DNA of 35,363 nucleotides from Solirubrobacterales bacterium. Lineage in GTDB: Bacteria; Actinomycetota; Thermoleophilia; Solirubrobacterales; 70-9. The notes below the pieces were generated by a model, which saw only the letters and a program-made list of their open reading frames with translations, searched no databases and was not told the DNA's origin. Made by a program: the position numbers and the translations under genes. Below are positions 14,760 to 22,475 of this stretch, one piece after another (the stretch's first letter is position 1; each line of letters opens with the position of its first letter). The stretch covers positions 1 to 35,363 of the forward strand of contig DATDKQ010000241.1 of the NCBI GenBank assembly GCA_036519915.1, read 5' to 3'.

Positions 14760-17162
14760 CTAACCCGCGTAAGCAGACTCGACGACCCGGGATGCGGCCC
14801 GGGGCGGCAGCCCGAGGGCAGGATCGGCCCGGAAGTTCGTCGCGCTCCCCGAGAAAAAGCGAATGCCGTGGCGTGACCAGTCGCGCAGGGTCTCGCCCGC
14901 ACCGGGCATGCGATCCGGCCAGCCCCGGTTGACGACGAGCTTGCGGCTTGCGATCGCCGAGTGAGGGTGTACGGAGTCGACGTACGAGAGCTCCAGGTCA
15001 TCCTGGGTGGAGGCCGCATCCGAGATCACGTCGAAGGCGGCGCTCCCGATCACGTCGGCCTCCGCGAAACGCGTGCAGACGAGCAGGTCCATGAAGTGGT
15101 ACTCGCCGTAATGGTGCGCCGGGTCGACGATCCCGACCCAGGGCGACGAGGCGAGCGAGGCGAGCTCCCTGAACCGTTTGGTTCGCTCTCCGCCCTGGTC
15201 CTGCTGCACGACCTGAACCCGGACGTCGCTGCGGGCATCGGAGAGCTCGTGGAGGTCGCCGGCCACGGATGTCTCCAGGCCCAGGCCGATCAGGAACTCC
15301 CCTGGTACCGATCTCTGCGAAGAGATCGCGGCCACCAGGTCACTGACCTTGCGCGCCTGATCCGCGTCGTCGATCAGCGCGAGCGCTGCGATCCCGTCGC
15401 CGAGTGCGGCCGACACGGAATACCCCATCGTCTGACCGATCAGCGCCAGGCGCTGCCTGTAGGTGTGCTCCGTCATCACCAGGCGCCTGGCCGGCACGAC
15501 GATCTCCCGCCGATAGTCGTCGTCGTGAATCAGATGGGTGAGCGCCTCGGTCGCCTGATCGGGCGTCGTCACCGCGGGGACCAGCTCGCCGAAGGTCCTC
15601 TCGACGCCCTCGCTCTCGGTGGTGAGGACCGCCGCATCGCAGGCGAGCAGCTCGAAGACCCTGCGCGAGAACATCGTCGGTGAGTCGACCACGGAGTTCA
15701 CGTTGAGGAAGACCTTGTGGCTCTTGTATGCGCGCACCACCTCCGAATAGGGGAGCGAGCCCCTGACGTGAGGGAGGAAGCGCTCGGGGAAGCCGAACGT
15801 ATCGTTGTCCCAGTCGAACGTGCGGTCATAGATGACGAGCCCGAAGGGGCGGGCCGCATCCAGCAGCATCTCCAGGCTCTGCCGCCGGTCCAGGTGGCGG
15901 TTCCTGTAGTAGGTGCCGGCGAAACAGGGCGAATCGCTGCGCTTCTGGTCGATCGAGATTGGGTTGTGCGTGCGTGGCTGGGCCGCAAACTGCAGGGCCC
16001 TGACCGGACCGGTTCCCTCCCGTTGAAGCTGCTCGTAGCGGGGCACGCAATTGCCGTCCGTCGTGAAGACGTAGTCGAAGAGCGCGGCGGCCTCCTTGAA
16101 ACGGTCGAAGTGAATCGGGTCCTCCTTACCCCAGAACGCAGTCGGGATGTCCCGCTGCCTGCACCAGTCGACCAGCGCTCTCAGCTTCGGCAGTCCGCGA
16201 ACATCGGCGCGCGGATAGCTCCCCACCTGGTAACGCCAGGACTCACCGTTGCCGCGCCATGCGGACTCCACCAGCAGCAGATGGGGCTGGTGCTCCTCCA
16301 GGCGTTCCTGCCAGTCCTCCGAATCGAAGGTCAGGAGGTCGCACTCCGGGCGGAAGCAGTTCGCTGACATCTCGTCGAGCACGGCCGCCACCCGCAGGTC
16401 GCGGGGGTCCGTCGGTTCCGATGTCGACCGCTCGGGCTTGACACGCACCTCCCCGTCGCCCTCTGCCGCGGATCGCCCCTCGCTGTCGCCGAGCTCGGGC
16501 GCCCTCGCCGGAGCCAACCCCTTCGCTGGGGCGGACGGCTCCGCGGGGGCCGACGGCCCAGGCCCCGTCACCGGCCCGAGCTCCTGCCGGCGGGATCGCC
16601 GGATCGGGTGACGCACGGCGGCACTGACTCGCCACAGAACCCGCATCAGCCTGTATGACCGACTCGACTGCAGCGCCTCGACCCGCCGTAGCAGCCGGTC
16701 GTGTTCATCCTTCTGCTTGCGCGCCTTCTTGTCGCGGCTGGTCAGCTGTTGTTTGAGGGTTGCGACCCGCGCCCCCTGCTCGGCCAGCTCGGTTTCCAGT
16801 GAGTCAAGCCGGTTGACCTTCTCCTCCAGCTGCTGGGAGCGGAGGTCGCGATCCGCGACTGCCGCCTCGGCGTCTCGGGCTCGCCACTTCAGCTCTTCCA
16901 CGCGCTCCTTCTGCTCGGCCAGCCGCGCCTGCAACGCCTCGCGTTCCGCGCCCAATCGGGCGATCTGCTCGCGGTGGCCGACGATCAACTCGTTCAGGTC
17001 GCGCTCGCGTGCCTCCAACACGGCGAGTCGGTGGGCGAGCGCGAAGGCCCGATCGTCGCGAGCCACAGCCGCCTCGCCCGCGTGGCCGCCCTCGCTCACG
17101 TCGCCTGACTCGCGAGTCGGCGCCCCTGTCCTTGAAGTCTCATTGCCGCGATCGTCGCTCAC
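14760..17162 (-). CDS. Coiled-coil + CgeB-like glycosyltransferase + additional C-terminal domain
   Basis: GTG start at 17160-17162, with GAAGAGGG upstream. An N-terminal coiled coil of ~170 aa ends in SSRSYRLMRVLWRV and is followed by a P/A-rich linker. The CgeB-like core is DLRVAAVLDEMSANCF...HLLLVESAWRG...FLNVNSVVDSPTMFSRRVFELLACDAAVLT...TEHTYRQRL. About 230 further aa have no assigned family. Confidence 0.8.
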   Translation of the reverse strand: MSDDRGNETSRTGAPTRESGDVSEGGHAGEAAVARDDRAFALAHRLAVLEARERDLNELIVGHREQIARLGAEREALQARLAEQKERVEELKWRARDAEAAVADRDLRSQQLEEKVNRLDSLETELAEQGARVATLKQQLTSRDKKARKQKDEHDRLLRRVEALQSSRSYRLMRVLWRVSAAVRHPIRRSRRQELGPVTGPGPSAPAEPSAPAKGLAPARAPELGDSEGRSAAEGDGEVRVKPERSTSEPTDPRDLRVAAVLDEMSANCFRPECDLLTFDSEDWQERLEEHQPHLLLVESAWRGNGESWRYQVGSYPRADVRGLPKLRALVDWCRQRDIPTAFWGKEDPIHFDRFKEAAALFDYVFTTDGNCVPRYEQLQREGTGPVRALQFAAQPRTHNPISIDQKRSDSPCFAGTYYRNRHLDRRQSLEMLLDAARPFGLVIYDRTFDWDNDTFGFPERFLPHVRGSLPYSEVVRAYKSHKVFLNVNSVVDSPTMFSRRVFELLACDAAVLTTESEGVERTFGELVPAVTTPDQATEALTHLIHDDDYRREIVVPARRLVMTEHTYRQRLALIGQTMGYSVSAALGDGIAALALIDDADQARKVSDLVAAISSQRSVPGEFLIGLGLETSVAGDLHELSDARSDVRVQVVQQDQGGERTKRFRELASLASSPWVGIVDPAHHYGEYHFMDLLVCTRFAEADVIGSAAFDVISDAASTQDDLELSYVDSVHPHSAIASRKLVVNRGWPDRMPGAGETLRDWSRHGIRFFSGSATNFRADPALGLPPRAASRVVESAYAG

Positions 17163-17189
17163 GGGTCAGCCCTCTTCCCCACAGGCAGA

Positions 17190-19505
17190 CTAGCCGAGCA
17201 GGGGGACCAAGGCCGACCGAATTCCGTCAGCTGCAACAGCCGGATTGTGGTGGGCGACCAGATGGGCTCGGGCGTTCGACCCCAGTTGCTCCCGCGCCAC
17301 GGCGTCGCCCGCGAGCTGAAGGATCGCCGTCGCCAATGCCTGTTCGGAGCCGGCGGGGACGAGCAGGCCCCCGCGGGCCTGCGTCAAGGGTTCGGCGAGC
17401 GCGGGCAGATCGCTCGCGATCACGGGAACACCCATCGCCATCGCCTCGAACGGCTTCAGCGGCGTGACCGTGCGACACACCTCGAGGTCGCGACGCGGGA
17501 GAGCGAAGGCTTGCAGCAGGGCATAGTGCTCGACCACGCGCTCCTGGGCGACGCGCCCGGTGAACACAACGGCGTCCTCGATCCCAAGCTCGCCCGCCAG
17601 ACTCTGGAGACCGGCCCTGGCGGGCCCGTCTCCGACGACCAGCGCTCTAACGTCTTCGTCGGCACGCGCCCGCGCCACGGCCCGCAGCAGATCGTCGATC
17701 CCCTCGTAGTCGGTGAGCGACGTGACCGAGCCGACCACGAAGCCTCGATCGAGGCCGTAGGAGCGCGCCAGCGCCTCGTCGGGCGCCCGCGGCGAGTACC
17801 GGTGCGTGTCGACGACGTGCGGCACGACGGCGACCTTGCCGGCATCGACCCCCCGGCTGACGAGCTCCGCCTTCATCGTCTCGCTGAGGGTGATCACCGC
17901 CTCGGCTGCGGTGGCGCAACCGGTTTCGGCCTCCCGTCGCAGGCGATAGAGTTCGCTCTCGGCCCCGCCCAAACGGGCCGCCCAGGTCATCTCGGGAAAG
18001 CCGCGGACGTCGTAGACGAAGGGGATCTCCGCTGCGGAGCAGAGCGCCCGCCCCACCGATCCGTTCAGGCTCGGGGTGCCGGCCATCAGCAGCCCCGGGC
18101 GAATCCTCTGAACCAGCTCGAGCAGGCTCTCGGCATTCGCCGTGGCCAGGCGGTCCCGAGGGATCTGGCTGTACTGGCGAAGACCGGGGAAGTTGAAACG
18201 ATGGTGGACGACTCCGTAGACGCTCTCCACCGGAGAGAAGTCCACGATCCCGCGGCTCGCCGGAAACCCGAGCCTGGTGGCCGCAACCGGCTCCAGGCCC
18301 GCCGCGGTCAGGGCCCCGAGAACGTCGCGGGACCGGTAGGCGTAGCCCGACGGCATCTGCGGCATCGAGACCTCGAGGAGGTAGAGCACGCCTCGTCCAG
18401 CACCACGATCCGAGCGCCGGATCGCCGGCAGACGCGGGGCCCAGCCGCTTTGGAGCTGGCGAAGCAGGCCGCTCAACCTGCTCGCCTGAGCTCCCGCACC
18501 CGACTTCTCCGCAAGCTCGCGCGCGCGTGACGGCTCGCCGGCACGCTCCAGCGCCAGCGCGGCAGCCTGCTGGGCTGGGCTCCCCCGCGGCGCCACCTCC
18601 GCGGCAGCGGCCGCGAGCCGCCTGCCGCCCGCGAGGTCCCCGCAGGCGAGGCCGACGAGGGCCGCCTGAGCAAGCGCATCGGGAGCCGACTCTCCGCCCC
18701 GCTCCCCGACCGCGCGCAGCGCGTCCCCCGCCTTGCGCGCCTCCACATGCTTGCCGAGCCGGGCGAACTCCAGCCCCGCCTCTCCCAGCACCCGCGGGTG
18801 CGCGTCGCCGAGCTGGTCGACCAGCGGAGTCAGCACCCGACCGGCGTCGCTCTCCGAGCCCGCTTCACGCATCGCTCGGGCCAGGTAGAGTGCGTACCTG
18901 CCGTTCTCGGGGTCCCGCCGCCGGGCGGAGCCCAGGGCCAGGACCGCCTCCGGGCGGCGGCCCGCGGCCCGAAGCAACCGACCGCGCAGATAGGCCGCCA
19001 GTGCGGCGGGGTGGCGCAGGTCGCCCGGCCGAGCAACGTTGCCGAGAGCCGGCCGCAACGACATGCTTCTCGTGAGCACCCCGCCGCGCCCCTGCGGGCC
19101 AGGAGCGGGAGAAAGGCGAGGGAGCCGGTCATAGACGGCGGCGAGAACGGCCGCACCGTCGACCCCGACGTCGGAGGCCGGGACCAAAGGAGGCAGGTCG
19201 GGAAGCCCGAGGGCTGATCTGACCTGTTGCGCCTGGCGCTCGTCTGCCACCAGCACCGCCCCGCCGCGTGCACCGAGCGGCCCGGCGCGAGCCAGACGCC
19301 GGTGCCGGCCACCGCCGACTCTGGCGCCGGACGGGACGTCAAGGACGAGCGCAGCGCCCGTCAGACGCGAGGCCAGACCCGCGAGGCGCCAGGAGCCCGG
19401 GCCGCATGCATGAACGACATCGGGCGAATCGCGCATCACCCGGTAGAGGGTCGACGGGGCTCCCGTCACGGACCGCAAGGTGATCCTGTGCCCCGCCCTC
19501 TCCAA
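17190..19505 (-). CDS. GT4 glycosyltransferase with an N-terminal degenerate GT-B lobe and an Ala-rich helical-repeat (TPR-like) region
   Basis: The catalytic part is GFVVGSVTSLTDYEGIDDLL...VVGDGP...TPLKPFEAMAMGVPVIASDLPAL. The track start at 19505 is a TTG. The frame stays open upstream and encodes a typical GT4 first strand, so the true start may be near 19574 (see findings). Confidence 0.8.
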   Translation of the reverse strand: MERAGHRITLRSVTGAPSTLYRVMRDSPDVVHACGPGSWRLAGLASRLTGAALVLDVPSGARVGGGRHRRLARAGPLGARGGAVLVADERQAQQVRSALGLPDLPPLVPASDVGVDGAAVLAAVYDRLPRLSPAPGPQGRGGVLTRSMSLRPALGNVARPGDLRHPAALAAYLRGRLLRAAGRRPEAVLALGSARRRDPENGRYALYLARAMREAGSESDAGRVLTPLVDQLGDAHPRVLGEAGLEFARLGKHVEARKAGDALRAVGERGGESAPDALAQAALVGLACGDLAGGRRLAAAAAEVAPRGSPAQQAAALALERAGEPSRARELAEKSGAGAQASRLSGLLRQLQSGWAPRLPAIRRSDRGAGRGVLYLLEVSMPQMPSGYAYRSRDVLGALTAAGLEPVAATRLGFPASRGIVDFSPVESVYGVVHHRFNFPGLRQYSQIPRDRLATANAESLLELVQRIRPGLLMAGTPSLNGSVGRALCSAAEIPFVYDVRGFPEMTWAARLGGAESELYRLRREAETGCATAAEAVITLSETMKAELVSRGVDAGKVAVVPHVVDTHRYSPRAPDEALARSYGLDRGFVVGSVTSLTDYEGIDDLLRAVARARADEDVRALVVGDGPARAGLQSLAGELGIEDAVVFTGRVAQERVVEHYALLQAFALPRRDLEVCRTVTPLKPFEAMAMGVPVIASDLPALAEPLTQARGGLLVPAGSEQALATAILQLAGDAVAREQLGSNARAHLVAHHNPAVAADGIRSALVPLLG

Positions 19506-19570
19506 GCTCGTCCCGATGCGACTCGCCCTGGACCTCGCCCCCTCGGTCGGGCTGAAGATGATCGAGGCCC

Positions 19571-21481
19571 TCAGTCCTCGACCTCCAGGTAGCGCAGACC
19601 GGCGTCGTCGCCGCGCCGCTCGAAGCTGAGCTTGTGGCGCATGGCCCCGGTTCGCCAGGTCAGCTCGCCCTCCAGCCCGTCCCGACTCAGGCGATTGCCG
19701 CCCGTCTCGGCCTCCGGCGCCTCTTCGCCCAGCAGCAGGAGCGTCGCGAAGATCGCCTCGGGGACGCCGCCCGCCAGATAGGCGGTGGTGGCGGCCGGAA
19801 GCATCTCGTAGGCCCCCCGCGAGACGAACCCAAGCAGCTCCGGCTCACGCTGGCCCACCACCAGCGGGGCGCGGTCGGCCTTGACCAGGGGCAGCAGGTG
19901 GAGGCGATCGGATCTCTTCGGAAGCTCGAGCTCGACTCGCGCCCCATGCTCGGTGCCGGTCAGCTCCGGCGCGAAGTGAAAGCGCTGGCTGTAGTCGTGG
20001 GAGTCGCCCTCGACGTCCTGGAGCGCATCGACGACGACCAGCCAGTGCCCGGGGCGGAAGACGAGCAGGCGGCGGTGCTCGACCGTCTCGTGGAATCGAG
20101 CACAGCACTCGCTCCACATCAGCTCCCCCTGCTCGCCCCAGCCGATCAGGCCGGAGCCATAAGGCTCCACATTGCGCCGCGGGTGGCTGAGGCCGTCGAT
20201 CTCGACCGTGTTGTGGGCTCGGGTCGTCTCCACGTAGACCCGGTTGGGATCGGAGTACATGAACCCCTGGCGCGCGAGCTCGGATTTCGGCTTGGTCTGG
20301 CCGAGGTAGCCATAGCGCCCGGAATCGGCGACCAGCTCCATCCCCCGGTCGTACCAGACGAACGAGAAGTCATCGGCATGCTTGTGCGCATGCGAGTGGA
20401 AGGCCGCGATCTGGATCAGGTAGGAGCAGTCGGCGAAGTCATCGAGACCCTTTGGCCAGCGATCGCGCATGACGACGTAACCGGAGGTCGGGTAGGCCTG
20501 AAGGCGGTTTTTTGGTGGCGAGCCCGACTCCCCACCGGTCGCGACGAAGCGGAGCGCGTCGTTGGCCGAGGTTGCGAACGGCTCCTGGTGAACGAGTCGA
20601 TACGAGGTGTCACCGATCATCGGGATGCAGCGGTTCGGCATCGCAAACCATGCGAGCACCTCCTCGGCGCGGCCGGCGAGCTCCCTGATCTCCGCCTGCT
20701 CGATCAGGTCGCAAGCGAGCAGACGCTCGAGTGTGTCGAGCAAGAGATAGTGATAGCCGGGCGAGTGCTCGCGGTGGACGCCGTCCTCGGCGAACTGGCC
20801 GCGGACCATGCGCCCCAGCCGCTCCTGCCCCTGCTCGAGCGCCTCGCCCATCGTGGGAAGCTCCGGGAAGCGGCGCGCCAGGGCGACCTGCCCGGCCGCC
20901 TGATAGAGGCCGTGGTTGTTGTGCCCTCTGAATCCTTCCTCTGGCTCGAGCGCCTGGGAGTGCACCACCGCCGCATGCGCCAGCGCGGCGATTGACTCGT
21001 CGTCAACCTCGGGATCGCGGCTGACGACATCCAGCAGGTAGCCGAGCCGGTAGGCCCGCAGGCCGATCGCCATGTCGTACCAGGCGAAGTCGCCGTCGAC
21101 GCTCGGGCTCGGGTACTGCCCGATCCAGTCCAGAGCGAGCCCCAGGCAGTAGTCGATGTAGCGCTGCTCGCCCAGATGCTGGTGGGCCGAGAGCACCAGT
21201 GACATCGGCTCCCAGGCCTGCAGGTGAAACTGCCAGCTTCGGTTCGACGCGCACAGCTCGGCCCAGGCGACCGGGGGCTGAACCAGGACCCGCGGAAGGC
21301 CGCCGCGCTTCCAGCCCTCGGTCAGGGTCCGCTCGACCTCTTCCACATACCTGTCGGCCCAGCGATCGCTCGAAAGCAGCGCTTCATACTCGCCCAGCGG
21401 CCGCTGCAAGCGGCCGGCGCGGAACACCTCCACCTCGAACTCGCCGAGAGTCGAGGTCCCGGAACGACGGAACAGGCCCAT
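19571..21481 (-). CDS. Heparinase II/III-like family protein (lyase or epimerase-type fold), no signal peptide
   Basis: Motifs are HNNHGLYQAAGQVALA, AFHSHAHKHADDFSFVWYDRGMELVADSGRYGY and AHNTVEIDG. ATG 21481 (MGLFRRSG...) is preferred over TTG 21535, which would overlap the divergent gene's start. Confidence 0.82.
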   Translation of the reverse strand: MGLFRRSGTSTLGEFEVEVFRAGRLQRPLGEYEALLSSDRWADRYVEEVERTLTEGWKRGGLPRVLVQPPVAWAELCASNRSWQFHLQAWEPMSLVLSAHQHLGEQRYIDYCLGLALDWIGQYPSPSVDGDFAWYDMAIGLRAYRLGYLLDVVSRDPEVDDESIAALAHAAVVHSQALEPEEGFRGHNNHGLYQAAGQVALARRFPELPTMGEALEQGQERLGRMVRGQFAEDGVHREHSPGYHYLLLDTLERLLACDLIEQAEIRELAGRAEEVLAWFAMPNRCIPMIGDTSYRLVHQEPFATSANDALRFVATGGESGSPPKNRLQAYPTSGYVVMRDRWPKGLDDFADCSYLIQIAAFHSHAHKHADDFSFVWYDRGMELVADSGRYGYLGQTKPKSELARQGFMYSDPNRVYVETTRAHNTVEIDGLSHPRRNVEPYGSGLIGWGEQGELMWSECCARFHETVEHRRLLVFRPGHWLVVVDALQDVEGDSHDYSQRFHFAPELTGTEHGARVELELPKRSDRLHLLPLVKADRAPLVVGQREPELLGFVSRGAYEMLPAATTAYLAGGVPEAIFATLLLLGEEAPEAETGGNRLSRDGLEGELTWRTGAMRHKLSFERRGDDAGLRYLEVED

Positions 21482-21524
21482 TCGCGGCGAGGTTAACGGA
21501 CGCCTGTAGCCTTTCTTCCCCGCG

Positions 21525-22475
21525 ATGGGCGCCAATCAGGCAGCTGAGAGCAAGGAGTCATCTGCGTCGGCGGTGGATGATCGGAGCCGCTTCGATCTGG
21601 ACGTGTTCGAGCAGCTGGTCGCCGACTACGAGCAACGGCCGCTGCACAAGCCGGTCAGGCGCGACCAGAAGAGCCAGAAGCAGAAGGCCGAGGCGCGAAT
21701 CCAGACGATCCAGAGGCAGCTTGGGCTGGACTTCAGCGGCAAGGTCGTCCTCGATCTTGGCTGCGGGCACGGCTGGCTGCCGGCCCTTCTGCCAGAGCTT
21801 GGCGGCGCTCGGCAGGCGATCGGGGTCGACCCCAGGCGCTACGAGACCTGGGCCGAGCACACCGACCCGCGGGTCGAGCTGATCGAGGGGGACATGTCGT
21901 CTGAGGATGTGGTCGACGGGGAGAGCGTCGACTCAGTGATCTCGGGCTCGGTACTGGAGCACGTCGCGCGCCCGATCGAGATGCTCGCCGCCATCCACCG
22001 GGTTCTGGTACCCGGAGGACGCGCCTGGCTCAAATTCAATCTGCATCGGGGTCCCTCCGCGTCTCACCGCTACAACGAAGTTCCCTTCCCCTGGCCGCAT
22101 CTCCTCTTCGACGACGCGGTCTGCAGGGCCTACTACAAGCGGGCACACGGGCGTGGCAACGTCCCCTTCGCCTGGGTCAATCGGATGACGGTCGGCGGTT
22201 ACGTGCAGACAGTGCAGGAGGTCGGCTTCCAGATCGTCCAGCTGAAGCGCCAGGTGGTGCCGATCGACGTTGAGTTCTACCTGCGCTTCGAAGACGTGCT
22301 CGGCCGCTATCCGGCGCTCGACCTCGAGACCGACTTCGCAACCCTGGTGCTCGAGAAGAAAGGCACAGGATGGAGGCGCAGGGGACGAGCGTCGCGCGAC
22401 CCGACCCAGCTGGGCTACCTGGAGCGGCAGCGGGTGCTGGACGAGTCGGTAGCCGCCCAGCGGGCCGCCAGCTAG
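21525..22475 (+). CDS. Class I SAM-dependent methyltransferase
   Basis: Motif I is VVLDLGCGHGWL and the post-I/II motifs are SVDSVISGSVLEHV and VLVPGGRAWL. Start is ATG 21525; the in-frame GTG 21573, 15 nt after AAGGAG, is the alternative. Confidence 0.8.
   Translation: MGANQAAESKESSASAVDDRSRFDLDVFEQLVADYEQRPLHKPVRRDQKSQKQKAEARIQTIQRQLGLDFSGKVVLDLGCGHGWLPALLPELGGARQAIGVDPRRYETWAEHTDPRVELIEGDMSSEDVVDGESVDSVISGSVLEHVARPIEMLAAIHRVLVPGGRAWLKFNLHRGPSASHRYNEVPFPWPHLLFDDAVCRAYYKRAHGRGNVPFAWVNRMTVGGYVQTVQEVGFQIVQLKRQVVPIDVEFYLRFEDVLGRYPALDLETDFATLVLEKKGTGWRRRGRASRDPTQLGYLERQRVLDESVAAQRAAS

Noticed and set aside
13865-16367. Plus-strand ORFs 13865-14932 (355 aa), 14961-15683, 15717-16367 and others opposite the minus-strand GT operon
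   Set aside because: They are antisense GC artefacts with no start context or motifs. The minus-strand frames encode recognisable GT4 and CgeB-like domains.
17247-20995. Plus-strand ORFs 17247-18530 (427 aa), 18527-19075, 18747-19217 and 19634-20995 (453 aa)
   Set aside because: They lie antisense to the GT4 and heparinase-like genes. Their translations are Arg/Gly/Pro/Ala-rich without motifs.
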